From positions 1 through 44,632 of IMG/VR virus record IMGVR_UViG_3300045988_026856: a stretch of DNA of 44,632 bases. One strand, written 5' to 3'. Origin of the DNA: a virus. Lineage: Duplodnaviria > Heunggongvirae > Uroviricota > Caudoviricetes. Position numbers and translations under genes: made by a program. Positions 1-7,515 of this stretch are shown here, one piece after another; the stretch's first letter is position 1; every line of letters starts with the position of its first letter. The notes under the pieces are model-generated. The model made no database searches. It was not told the origin of the DNA and saw only the letters and a program-made list of their open reading frames with translations.

Positions 1-55
1 GCGTCGTACTCTTCCTTAGTCCACGACGGGTCTACGGACAAACGCTTCGATGTAT
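1..55. repeat. 55-bp sequence identical to 44578..44632 (window ends overlap; circular or terminally redundant genome)
   Basis: Direct comparison of the first and last 55 nt of the window: identical. Confidence 0.9.
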
Positions 56-149
56 CGCAGACATACTCTACGAACTGCTCCAGCGGCATTTCACGAGCTA
101 CAGGGTTTTTATCGAACGTGTTGCGCAGCGTTGCAAAAACAATATTCAT
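56..149 (-). CDS. DNA primase/helicase, 5' end (about 36 N-terminal codons) continuing across the window junction into 42504..44632
   Basis: Reading frame of the 42504..44618 ORF stays open through the junction to an ATG at 147..149 preceded by GGAG (rc of 158..161); in-frame stop further upstream at 225..227. Confidence 0.5.
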
Positions 150-274
150 TTCTTTTTCTCCGCACGTTCTAAGGCTTCCTGCATACGGCGCATTGCGCGG
201 TTCATCTTTACCGGTGCGAAGAAGTCAGCGCCGTGTTTCTGACGGCGTAGCTGTGGAACTATTAACTTCGTCAT
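146..274 (-). CDS. hypothetical small protein (42 aa, MTKLIVPQLRRQKHGADFF...)
   Basis: ATG at 274 with AAGGA RBS; stop TGA overlaps the helicase ATG (ATGA coupling). Below the 60-aa ORF-track cutoff. Confidence 0.4.
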   Translation of the reverse strand: MTKLIVPQLRRQKHGADFFAPVKMNRAMRRMQEALERAEKKK

Positions 275-343
275 TGTATAATCCTTGTGCTTACTTTGAT
301 AATTTGTGCTTTGGCCCCGACGTTCTTGCGTTGGGGTTTCTTT

Positions 344-634
344 TTACCGTTTAGCCAACCCTTCCAGCAAATTTTTATACTCTTCAAAATATTCCTCGAC
401 CAAATCATCGCCGAAATAGAAGTCGATATACTCGAGATTATCTCTTACGTTAAGCGATGCCGACATTGTGCTTAGTTGGCGTAAGCTAATTAGCTTCATT
501 TCTGTTTCTACGCAGAAAGGCCGGTAGGTATCAAGGTGGCAGGAGATGTTGAAGCATAAAGCGAACTCTCCGACCACGGAGTAGACCATATACACTTCGT
601 TTTCTGCCTTATTGTGGAAAATTACACCTTTCAT
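344..634 (-). CDS. hypothetical protein (96 aa)
   Basis: ORF track; AAGGAG RBS; start overlaps stop of upstream gene (ATGA). Confidence 0.55.
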   Translation of the reverse strand: MKGVIFHNKAENEVYMVYSVVGEFALCFNISCHLDTYRPFCVETEMKLISLRQLSTMSASLNVRDNLEYIDFYFGDDLVEEYFEEYKNLLEGLAKR

Positions 635-813
635 TTCACGTTCTCCTTAATCCATGCTTCAACTTTATTACGGTCAAATGTTCCTGGTAAACGGCGACCC
701 ATAACTTTAATACAGCAGTCAGGGAATTTGCCGCTGCGTAACCAGTTATTAATTGTCTGACGTGTCACCCCGATACGCTCGGCTACCTCATTCTGTGTCA
801 TGTAATGTTGCAT
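631..813 (-). CDS. AlpA/excisionase-like (MerR-type) HTH DNA-binding protein, 60 aa
   Basis: Start refined to internal Met (MQHYMTQNEVAERIGVTRQTINNWLRSGKFP...) with AGGAGA RBS; HTH_17/AlpA-like signature. Confidence 0.65.
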   Translation of the reverse strand: MQHYMTQNEVAERIGVTRQTINNWLRSGKFPDCCIKVMGRRLPGTFDRNKVEAWIKENVK

Positions 814-844
814 TTTTATATCTCCTGTTTGTTTAGTGAAACCG

Positions 845-873
845 AGTATAGGATAGCGGGAATGTAAAAGCAA
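845..873 (-). promoter_or_regulatory. sigma70-like promoter (TTGCTT-N17-TATACT) for the leftward operon
   Basis: -35/-10 hexamers on minus strand with 17-nt spacer, about 30 nt upstream of the AlpA-like gene. Confidence 0.35.
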
Positions 874-910
874 CCAATCCCTGCAATATTTAATCTTTAC
901 AAAAAAGTTA

Positions 911-940
911 TTGAAAGTTCTTGACATGTGTTTGTATAAT
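911..940 (+). promoter_or_regulatory. sigma70-like promoter (TTGAAA-N18-TATAAT)
   Basis: Near-consensus hexamers; about 350 bp upstream of the first early ORF. Confidence 0.45.
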
Positions 941-967
941 GGTTTTGGGACTTGTATATATTACGGA

Positions 968-999
968 GTTGACGAACCCTCCCCGAGGGATTCGTCAAC
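968..999 (+). promoter_or_regulatory. long imperfect inverted repeat (GTTGACGAACCCTC...GAGGGATTCGTCAAC) just downstream of the 911..940 promoter
   Basis: About 14-bp stem with one bulge, read directly from sequence. Confidence 0.4.
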
Positions 1000-1139
1000 C
1001 CCTCCCAGACAGCTGAGATGCTTGCCCAACGGTTTAAGGATAAGTGTATCTAAATCTCATTTAAAGAAGTAACCAGCTGAAATATCTACTGTTTCTTAAT
1101 GTGCCGTAGATTCGCAACCGTAAAAATGTAACGATTATC

Positions 1140-1168
1140 GGGCGGGCCTTAAGGCCTGCCCTTTAGTT
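1140..1168 (+). terminator. putative intrinsic terminator (GGGCGGGCC-TTAA-GGCCTGCCC + TTTAGTT)
   Basis: 9-bp GC-rich stem (one G-U) followed by a U-rich tract, plus strand only. Confidence 0.45.
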
Positions 1169-1233
1169 ACCAAGTAATAAGAATAAAGGCACAACCCTAC
1201 CTGAAGAATCACAACGGCAACGTAACTATTCTC

Positions 1234-1262
1234 TTGCGCACCCCAACATAATAGGTTACTAT
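1234..1262 (+). promoter_or_regulatory. early promoter TTGCGC-N17-TACTAT with AATAG-N4-CTATT inverted repeat over the -10
   Basis: Near-identical copy at 21655..21683 (minus) and related copy at 2714..2742. Confidence 0.45.
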
Positions 1263-1296
1263 TCACTTATCGGAACGAAACAGAGGAGTGAGGGTT

Positions 1297-1476
1297 ATGT
1301 TTAAACGTGGTCAAATCGCACGAGATAACAACGGTTCTATTTATTCTATCCGTAGCATGGAGATTTTTAACGGGTTCTATCGTGTGCAGGATGTTGTTTC
1401 AGGTAAGGTGCTTGTACGCCATGCTTCCAATTTAAAGCTCATCGGCAACAATTTTAAATTCAAAGGGGTGGAGTGA
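1297..1476 (+). CDS. hypothetical early protein (59 aa)
   Basis: ORF track; start refined to ATG after GAGGAG RBS. Confidence 0.5.
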   Translation: MFKRGQIARDNNGSIYSIRSMEIFNGFYRVQDVVSGKVLVRHASNLKLIGNNFKFKGVE

Positions 1477-1679
1477 TGATTAAGCTAGAGATTAAATCGA
1501 AAGAGACAAAACAAACTGTAGCCAGTAAAGAATTCAACGGTAAATCTGAAATAGGTCCTTGGCTAAAACAGTACGTACATTTACAGACGGTTTACATCCT
1601 TCTGACTAGCGACAGCGGTATAACTACCGAACTAACGGCATTGGATAAAGAGGGGCGAAGTGATGGAAGAATTATTTGA
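1476..1679 (+). CDS. hypothetical early protein (67 aa)
   Basis: ORF track; GGGGTGGAG RBS; start overlaps upstream stop. Confidence 0.5.
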   Translation: MIKLEIKSKETKQTVASKEFNGKSEIGPWLKQYVHLQTVYILLTSDSGITTELTALDKEGRSDGRII

Positions 1680-1866
1680 AGAACTGAAACATCATAGACT
1701 GGAGAAAGTGCATTTCCAGGTAAACAGATACGAAGTTGTTTTATTAGACGGCCCAACTATTTCTTCCGGGGTATGCGAAGACTTGCTAAAAGTTTTACGT
1801 GCGCTACGAACGGCATCGAATCATGATGCTCGTGCCGAAGACTCTGAGGGAGGTTGCCGTGAATAA
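1663..1866 (+). CDS. hypothetical early protein (67 aa)
   Basis: ORF track; GAGGGG RBS. Confidence 0.5.
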   Translation: MEELFEELKHHRLEKVHFQVNRYEVVLLDGPTISSGVCEDLLKVLRALRTASNHDARAEDSEGGCRE

Positions 1867-1926
1867 TTACCCGTTTATTTTAATTGTCAGCGCAGTTTAT
1901 GTGGTGCACGCGTTATGGGGGTTGGT

Positions 1927-2082
1927 ATGAGAATCCGTATAACTGACCGCAGGCTTATAGATTTCGGTATCTCGGTAGGTGATGTTTTTCTGGCGTTCAG
2001 CAGCAACCATTATGGTTTTATGATTGAGTACAAAGGGTCGTTATTGTTCGTGTATCGGGATGAATGCGAGGTTCTGGTATGA
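1927..2082 (+). CDS. hypothetical small protein (51 aa)
   Basis: ATG with G-rich RBS; stop overlaps next ATG; below ORF-track cutoff. Confidence 0.3.
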   Translation: MRIRITDRRLIDFGISVGDVFLAFSSNHYGFMIEYKGSLLFVYRDECEVLV

Positions 2083-2222
2083 GAGAAGCATTCGAACGGT
2101 GGGCCGTCGTCGAGGGTCTGCCGGTAAACAAGGGTTCAAAGAAAGAGTACCTGAACGCTAAGACACGTCTCGCGTGGCGGGCGTGGAAAGCTGGTGTGCA
2201 AACTGTGATGAATAGGGGGTGA
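2079..2222 (+). CDS. hypothetical small protein (47 aa)
   Basis: ATGA overlap with upstream ORF; tight packing. Confidence 0.3.
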   Translation: MREAFERWAVVEGLPVNKGSKKEYLNAKTRLAWRAWKAGVQTVMNRG

Positions 2223-2225
2223 GAT

Positions 2226-2411
2226 ATGGGTGAGTGGATTAAGTGTAGTGAGCGGATACCGGAGCCTTATGAATACGTTCTTGTAACTGATTGTTTTGTT
2301 GGCTGTGAGGTTATGCGTGTTAATTCAGATGGCTACTGGGGGCCTGCAAAGAGTTTATATCACGGTGATATAACGCACTGGATGCCATTACCGGGGCCGC
2401 CAGAAGTGTGA
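2226..2411 (+). CDS. DUF551-like phage protein (61 aa)
   Basis: W..C..R.PE....VLV...........W.......ITHWMPLPGPP pattern typical of DUF551 (from memory). Confidence 0.6.
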   Translation: MGEWIKCSERIPEPYEYVLVTDCFVGCEVMRVNSDGYWGPAKSLYHGDITHWMPLPGPPEV

Positions 2412-2713
2412 TGTTCAATAGTTTGGGATTTTACTGAGTGACTTACGCTGCTACACAGCAGCGTATCATTTTTCTCATTTTTGTTCTATTTCACCAAACG
2501 CAACAATCGAAGCGACTATTGCAGGAGATGCAACAATGAAACTGAATGACATCGTGACCTGGACCGGTAGAAACGGAGAAAAGCGATTCGGGCTTATTGT
2601 TGAGTCAGACGGCAACAAGTACCGTGTTATGCGATGGCGTCAGTGAGCACGCCGCCCGAGGTACTACTGGATTCGTGGCGAACGATTATCTTTAAAACAC
2701 CAATAAAATTTAC

Positions 2714-2742
2714 TTGCACACTGGGATAGAATAGGCTACTAT
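2714..2742 (+). promoter_or_regulatory. promoter TTGCAC-N17-TACTAT (same family as 1234..1262)
   Basis: Hexamers plus AATAGGCTACTATT inverted repeat; about 30 nt upstream of ORF at 2773. Confidence 0.4.
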
Positions 2743-2772
2743 TCATTTACACAAACGAGAGGAGAGACAGAG

Positions 2773-2940
2773 ATGAAAGCAGTAACTAAAGATGAGTTTT
2801 TCAGCACAGTAGAAGGTCTTATGTATAACATGGTTATTAATGCGGGTACGCCAGAGTCTATCTACATAGATAGCGGTAATAATCTTGTCGCTAAAGCAAC
2901 ATGGAGTTACCCGGAAACCGTGTATGAGGTTGCGCAATGA
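2773..2940 (+). CDS. hypothetical small protein (55 aa)
   Basis: GAGAGGAGAG RBS; stop overlaps next start (ATGA). Confidence 0.4.
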   Translation: MKAVTKDEFFSTVEGLMYNMVINAGTPESIYIDSGNNLVAKATWSYPETVYEVAQ

Positions 2941-3164
2941 CCCCCGCAAAAGCACGTGCGCTGTTACGCCGCAATGGGATTCTTGATGAGGTGGACATCC
3001 TTGTAGAGAAATACGGCATACACATGATAGGTCGCCAGCCGAAAGGCGATATGCGTTGGATGGCGGGGGTCCCCGGTACGCCAGGCGTGTCATACGGCGA
3101 CACATTAACCCATGCGGTCCATACTTACATTATTGAGTCGGTACTAGGAGAAACCAATGAGTAA
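2937..3164 (+). CDS. hypothetical protein (75 aa)
   Basis: ORF track; translational coupling. Confidence 0.5.
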   Translation: MTPAKARALLRRNGILDEVDILVEKYGIHMIGRQPKGDMRWMAGVPGTPGVSYGDTLTHAVHTYIIESVLGETNE

Positions 3165-3609
3165 CAAAAACGAAGTATTCGAGTACCTGATTGGCCAGTT
3201 ACGGCAGCAGGTAAATTGCAACCAGTGTGAAGACCTGGCGCACGAGGTGCAGTCACTTAAGAATCAGTTACGTGATATGTCGGAGCTGGTGGATGAGCTA
3301 CTGGGGACAATAACGTTAATGAACGGGAAATCTAGTCGCCGTAAGGAAGATACTCAGTACAACGCCTGGAGGCCGCATTATGGTGCACGACAACCTGTGC
3401 CGGATGGGACTATGGTATTTATCCGGTATCGCAACGGGGAGGAGCCGAAACACAGTGTAGCAGCAGAAAAGCGGTCGTGGATTTGGGATGGAACATACGC
3501 AGACATAGTGGAATACAAGATTGACACACAGGAATGTGAACATGACTATCGTTTGGTTCTGTGGTGTAGCGACTTACAGCAGTGCTCTAAATGCGGGGTG
3601 ATCAAATGA
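3157..3609 (+). CDS. hypothetical protein (150 aa)
   Basis: ORF track; AGGAG RBS. Confidence 0.55.
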   Translation: MSNKNEVFEYLIGQLRQQVNCNQCEDLAHEVQSLKNQLRDMSELVDELLGTITLMNGKSSRRKEDTQYNAWRPHYGARQPVPDGTMVFIRYRNGEEPKHSVAAEKRSWIWDGTYADIVEYKIDTQECEHDYRLVLWCSDLQQCSKCGVIK

Positions 3610-3809
3610 CCAGCATATTATTTATCTGGGTACTGTCCGCGGGCCAGATGCAACTAGCGGCAGCAGAAACGTTTTATTCGATGGAGGCGTGCCAGTCCGC
3701 GGCACGCGCCGCAGAGAACGCGCACTTCCTGTTTCAGGGCGACAAGCCAAACGATTCAGAGGTACGCGCTATCTGCTCACCTAAGCGACTTGGTAAACAG
3801 GAGAAGTGA
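3606..3809 (+). CDS. hypothetical protein with N-terminal hydrophobic segment (67 aa)
   Basis: ORF track, start refined to ATG at 3606; 3' end lies in the 46-bp repeat. Confidence 0.5.
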   Translation: MTSILFIWVLSAGQMQLAAAETFYSMEACQSAARAAENAHFLFQGDKPNDSEVRAICSPKRLGKQEK

Positions 3810-3814
3810 TTATG
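3769..3814 (+). repeat. 46-bp direct repeat, copy A (CTATCTGCTCACCTAAGCGACTTGGTAAACAGGAGAAGTGATTATG)
   Basis: 44/46 identical to 4182..4227; spans a gene 3' end, the RBS and the next start codon. Confidence 0.8.
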
Positions 3815-4117
3815 AGCGCCGAAGCGATGAAGAAAAAGGTTTTGAACGCTTTGCAAGAAGCAGTGAACTGTGGTGCCATTAAAACATTCACAGAAAGGCA
3901 CGTCGGTGAAGTGACAGTTCACTGCTTTAATAGTAACAAAAACGGAATTGTGGTCATCATGCTTTTAAGGAATAGCGATGATACAGCCATCCTTTACGCT
4001 GGCGGATATGAGCTTATCGTTGATGATTTATTCATCACTTGCGCTGACGGCCTTGACCCAATGTTAACGTTCGAGCGGCGCGGCATCCGTGTTGCAACGT
4101 TTGGAGGGAAGTTATGA
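3812..4117 (+). CDS. hypothetical protein (101 aa)
   Basis: ORF track; start refined to ATG after AGGAGAAG RBS. Confidence 0.5.
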   Translation: MSAEAMKKKVLNALQEAVNCGAIKTFTERHVGEVTVHCFNSNKNGIVVIMLLRNSDDTAILYAGGYELIVDDLFITCADGLDPMLTFERRGIRVATFGGKL

Positions 4118-4209
4118 CATCAAATCTTAAAGCCCGTTTATTACCCATAAAGCCTCACGTGCTGTATAAGATGGACCAGCTCTATCTGCTCACCCAAGCG
4201 ACTTGGTAA
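4114..4209 (+). CDS. hypothetical small protein (31 aa)
   Basis: GGAGGG RBS; overlaps upstream stop; 3' end lies in repeat copy B. Confidence 0.25.
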   Translation: MTSNLKARLLPIKPHVLYKMDQLYLLTQATW

Positions 4210-4227
4210 ACAGGAGAAATGATTATG
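4182..4227 (+). repeat. 46-bp direct repeat, copy B
   Basis: See 3769..3814. Confidence 0.8.
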
Positions 4228-4407
4228 GTACAGAGATATACCTACGACCAGATATTCGGGTTTACTCCCGATGTTGAGGGCGTGTTAGTGCTTTACGAAG
4301 ATTACGCGAAACTCGAAGCTGAGTTACAGAAATACAAAGACCAGTTCCCGGATTACGTCGAGTGCGCGAACTGTGGGTCAGTTACGCATGTGGAAGGGGT
4401 GGAGTGA
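4225..4407 (+). CDS. hypothetical protein (60 aa); paralog of 4407..4601
   Basis: Shared MVQRY...DY.KLEA.L motif with the next gene. Confidence 0.45.
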   Translation: MVQRYTYDQIFGFTPDVEGVLVLYEDYAKLEAELQKYKDQFPDYVECANCGSVTHVEGVE

Positions 4408-4601
4408 TGGTGCAGAGATATGAGGTAAAAGCGTGGGGCCTGCCAGAGCCTGAGATGGCTGAGTACGCATATGGCGATTATGTAGAATACGACGCTTATC
4501 TGAAACTTGAAGCAAAGTTACGTGAATTCGCTGAACAGGTAATGTACGAACCTTGTTCGAAAGTTACAGAAGAAATGGCCCGCGAGATTCTCGGAATATG
4601 A
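4407..4601 (+). CDS. hypothetical protein (64 aa); paralog of 4225..4407
   Basis: Start refined to internal ATG with GGGGTGGAG RBS. Confidence 0.45.
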   Translation: MVQRYEVKAWGLPEPEMAEYAYGDYVEYDAYLKLEAKLREFAEQVMYEPCSKVTEEMAREILGI

Positions 4602-4891
4602 GCCTTGCAACTGACATCCTGAAACGAAGCGGCCTTGCGCCGCTGTCACCGAGAGCTAAAACACAGATATACAAGCGTCGCCGTAACGCGCTGTACCCGG
4701 AGATTCAGGCCAGACGTAAAGCGGTCCGCGCCTGTGGATTCCAGAACGGGAAGGCCGTGAATCTCGGTGAGTTTAAAACACAAGAACGCGCCGCAATCGC
4801 TAATCGACTATTTAATTACTGGAAATCGCTGGGGTACGATGATATTCCGACGAAACCCCAGAGACGACAATACATCTGGAGACACAAATAA
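4598..4891 (+). CDS. hypothetical basic protein (97 aa), possible AP2-like DNA-binding fold
   Basis: Start refined to ATG overlapping upstream stop; NGKAVNLGEFKTQERAAIA segment weakly AP2-like. Confidence 0.45.
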   Translation: MSLATDILKRSGLAPLSPRAKTQIYKRRRNALYPEIQARRKAVRACGFQNGKAVNLGEFKTQERAAIANRLFNYWKSLGYDDIPTKPQRRQYIWRHK

Positions 4892-4966
4892 ACAACTATT
4901 AGGATAATTCCTACCCGTGGTATCCTCCAGTTACTGCATACTTAATACGCACCTGGAGGATTCATC

Positions 4967-5275
4967 TTGGATAAATTTACTGAAACAGTGACAGGCTGGC
5001 TTCTCGCTGCCGCGCTAGCCGGAGGGGTCATCGGACTACGACAACATAAGTCCGTTATTTCTGGACCCATCGACGGCTTATTCTTTATTGTAACCGGCTT
5101 CGCTTGCGCCGTATTCGGTGCGCCTCTCGCTGCCCAATGGTTCGGCATTACCGGGGAGCGTGAAATCGCTGGTCTGGGTTTCATCATCGCTATTCTCTGG
5201 ATGCCTATCTATTCCCGCCTCTCCGGTATCGTCGCCGGGGAATACATCTCACGTCGAGGAGGCCCGGATGAATGA
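4967..5275 (+). CDS. holin (3 predicted TM segments, charged C-terminus)
   Basis: TTG start after GGAGGA RBS; three hydrophobic helices; directly upstream of endolysin. Confidence 0.6.
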   Translation: MDKFTETVTGWLLAAALAGGVIGLRQHKSVISGPIDGLFFIVTGFACAVFGAPLAAQWFGITGEREIAGLGFIIAILWMPIYSRLSGIVAGEYISRRGGPDE

Positions 5276-5540
5276 GTTATTCTGGTTCGGCGGTATGCTG
5301 GCAATCGGGGGTACATCGCTGTTTAATGTGTACCATCCCAGCGTTGATGACGGGTTATTCGGTCGGGTGCTCTATATCCTGACTGCTATCGTCTGCGCCG
5401 CCGGATGTATCCACCTGTTACAGGGCAGCGTGTCACCAACGCTGCCTGAGACATTAATCACATTAGTTGCGCTGCGCCAGATTCGTCAGGCGTGGCTGTC
5501 ATACGGAGGACATAAGCGTGTCTCGAAATATTTCAGATAA
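5268..5540 (+). CDS. second holin-like / antiholin-like membrane protein (2 TM, 90 aa)
   Basis: ATG after GAGGAGG RBS, overlaps holin stop; two hydrophobic helices. Confidence 0.5.
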   Translation: MNELFWFGGMLAIGGTSLFNVYHPSVDDGLFGRVLYILTAIVCAAGCIHLLQGSVSPTLPETLITLVALRQIRQAWLSYGGHKRVSKYFR

Positions 5541-6003
5541 TGGACTGCATTTCACCGCCGCGTTCGAGGGGTTCCGTGGTACTGCATATCGTGCTACGCC
5601 AAATGAGAAGTACCTTACTATTGGATATGGGCATTACGGGCCGGACATAACACCGGGTAAGACCATCACGCCGGGACAGGGCCTTCTGTTACTGAATCGC
5701 GATATGGCTAAGGCCGTAGCCGCGGTTGACGCAGCGGCGCATCATTCATTGACACAGGCGCAGTTCGACGCCGTGTGCGACCTGGTCTATAACGCAGGTG
5801 CGGGTGTTATCGCGGCTACTACCGGCACCGGTAAGGCACTGCGCTCCGGTGATACCGCGACGCTGCGCGCTAAGCTGGCGCTGTTCATCAACCAGAACGG
5901 CAAACCATTACTCGGCTTGCGCCGCCGTACTGCGGGTCGTCTGGCGCTGTTCGACGGCAAACCGTGGCAAGAGGCTGAGGCTATCGGGAGGGCGGTTAAA
6001 TGA
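5518..6003 (+). CDS. endolysin, lysozyme-like (GH24-type)
   Basis: FEGFRGTAY...TIGYGH motif resembling phage lysozymes; probable GTG start after GGAGGA. Confidence 0.7.
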   Translation: MSRNISDNGLHFTAAFEGFRGTAYRATPNEKYLTIGYGHYGPDITPGKTITPGQGLLLLNRDMAKAVAAVDAAAHHSLTQAQFDAVCDLVYNAGAGVIAATTGTGKALRSGDTATLRAKLALFINQNGKPLLGLRRRTAGRLALFDGKPWQEAEAIGRAVK

Positions 6004-6092
6004 CAGAGATTGACTTCATTCTGTTGTCTATCGGAGTTGGTGCGGTAGTTGGCGCTTTCTGGGGTGCTATTGATGCGTTTCGCAAAGGTTGA
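6000..6092 (+). CDS. small hydrophobic peptide (30 aa)
   Basis: ATG overlapping endolysin stop; single TM-like segment. Confidence 0.3.
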   Translation: MTEIDFILLSIGVGAVVGAFWGAIDAFRKG

Positions 6093-6156
6093 CACCTGAG
6101 ACTAATCCGACGATACTTAAATCACCTCCTGTTCCATCCCTCTGCTCTCCAGTTTT

Positions 6157-6188
6157 ATCCCGGCCCTGACCCAGCCGGGATTTTTTTA
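6157..6188 (+). terminator. intrinsic terminator (ATCCCGGC-loop-GCCGGGAT + T7)
   Basis: Perfect 8-bp stem followed by TTTTTTT. Confidence 0.65.
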
Positions 6189-6209
6189 TCTATTTTCTGT
6201 AATGACTAG

Positions 6210-6238
6210 TTGACTATTACCTTAGACCCTATTATATT
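6210..6238 (+). promoter_or_regulatory. sigma70-like promoter TTGACT-N17-TATATT
   Basis: Hexamers with 17-nt spacer just after the terminator. Confidence 0.45.
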
Positions 6239-6271
6239 TACTCCATCGACAACGAGAACGGAGTAGAGAAG

Positions 6272-6397
6272 ATGAAATGCTTTGTTATTACAATTAACCC
6301 CTACGCCAAATATGGACCATTTAAAGACCAGATATCGGCTATTAAATACGGAAACTCTCTTAAGACGCGTTATAAAATAGTGTGGAAGGACTACTAA
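6272..6397 (+). CDS. hypothetical small protein (41 aa)
   Basis: GGAG RBS; coupled to next ORF. Confidence 0.3.
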   Translation: MKCFVITINPYAKYGPFKDQISAIKYGNSLKTRYKIVWKDY

Positions 6398-6546
6398 TGA
6401 AAATCACAGATATCGAGGCATTCAAAGACGCACAACTGATGGCCCGCATCGCCGTTAGTAAACTGAGCAACAGCATTCCAGCGTCCGCGTTCTGGTTCGC
6501 TGCGATGCAGACACTGAAAGCAGCTTATGCCGGAGAGAAGAAATGA
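6397..6546 (+). CDS. hypothetical small protein (49 aa)
   Basis: TAATG overlap; coupled chain. Confidence 0.3.
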   Translation: MKITDIEAFKDAQLMARIAVSKLSNSIPASAFWFAAMQTLKAAYAGEKK

Positions 6547-6701
6547 GCGAACAAGGTCAAGTAAGCCAACCGTTACGAGTAGGCCGTAAAGTCAGTCACA
6601 CCCCGTTCCCGACACGCGAGGAGCTGATGAAACGTAACAGTTTCCCGGGGCCGGACAAGAACAAGTATCTCAATCGCATGTGGGGAGAGCGTAAAGAATG
6701 A
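6543..6701 (+). CDS. hypothetical small protein (52 aa)
   Basis: ATGA overlaps on both sides. Confidence 0.3.
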   Translation: MSEQGQVSQPLRVGRKVSHTPFPTREELMKRNSFPGPDKNKYLNRMWGERKE

Positions 6702-6934
6702 CTGACCGTGAATACGAAAAGATGATGGTAGAGGCCGTTAACGGCGGCGTAGACGTAAGCCACGTGATGCACGTCCTGAATACTAAAATCGCAGTAGCGG
6801 AGCAAATGGTAGAGTCGCTTTACGAGACTCGCCGTGAACTGATTAACCGCTTCAACCTGAACAAGGGGTGCGCTATTTCTGACGATTTCGATGGGGATTA
6901 CCGAAATGGAGATTTTTATGAGGGGGCCGAATAA
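6698..6934 (+). CDS. hypothetical protein (78 aa)
   Basis: ORF track. Confidence 0.5.
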   Translation: MTDREYEKMMVEAVNGGVDVSHVMHVLNTKIAVAEQMVESLYETRRELINRFNLNKGCAISDDFDGDYRNGDFYEGAE

Positions 6935-7173
6935 TGCCTAAAATCACAATCGCATCGCTCGAGCGCCGTATTATGGTGCTTGAGTCAGAGAAACAGACGC
7001 TAGGCGGGCAACTGTCAATTAACGGTGAGTTTCAACTGGAGGCATTTAAGTTGTTGCTTGATAAGTTGAAAGAGGGTGAAAAGCCTTGTGCGCATGACTA
7101 CTACTTACATGTGGTTGGCGGGTTACATCGAGCCACGTGCATTAAATGTGGTGAAGCGTATGGAGTCGCCTAA
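6934..7173 (+). CDS. hypothetical protein (79 aa) with C..H...C..C motif
   Basis: ORF track. Confidence 0.5.
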   Translation: MPKITIASLERRIMVLESEKQTLGGQLSINGEFQLEAFKLLLDKLKEGEKPCAHDYYLHVVGGLHRATCIKCGEAYGVA

Positions 7174-7342
7174 GCCAGTAGTAATTGATGGCGTCCTGTG
7201 GAAACCCTACTCGGTTAACCACATCGACGCCGACGGGAAGAAGTTTAGCTTCTACATTTTTGCAATTAGCCGTGAGCACGCCGCTTGTGTGGTCGATGAT
7301 ATACGAGAAACGGCGTGGCTTGGCGATGAGGTAGTGGGGTGA
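7160..7342 (+). CDS. hypothetical protein (60 aa)
   Basis: Internal ATG of ORF 7076..7342. Confidence 0.4.
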   Translation: MESPKPVVIDGVLWKPYSVNHIDADGKKFSFYIFAISREHAACVVDDIRETAWLGDEVVG

Positions 7343-7344
7343 TT

Positions 7345-7515
7345 ATGTTCAGTGACATCAACGCGGCAATCGAAGAAGCAATATGGCGGCGCTATAACGG
7401 CGAGCAACAGCGGCACTTTTGCCTCGTGCAACGCGGTAACATGATTGCCGTAGTGCAGGACCGGGATAACAAATATCCGAATGCGATGTGGACAACGAGG
7501 AATTTCTTAGGATGA
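7345..7515 (+). CDS. hypothetical protein (56 aa)
   Basis: ATG after GGGGTGA; stop overlaps next start. Confidence 0.35.
   Translation: MFSDINAAIEEAIWRRYNGEQQRHFCLVQRGNMIAVVQDRDNKYPNAMWTTRNFLG

Noticed and set aside
118-475. Plus-strand ORFs 118..354 and 287..475
   Set aside because: Both start at GTG, lie antisense to the coupled minus-strand operon (helicase 5' end, 42-aa ORF, 96-aa gene) and have no RBS.
631-813. Temperate lifestyle suggested by AlpA/excisionase-like and XRE HTH genes
   Set aside because: No integrase, recombinase, attachment-site repeats or partition genes anywhere in the genome; these HTH proteins are more likely transcription regulators of a virulent phage.
921-940. 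TTGACA at 921..926 paired with TATAAT at 935..940
   Set aside because: Spacer is only 8 nt; the upstream TTGAAA (911..916) gives a proper 18-nt spacer and was used instead.
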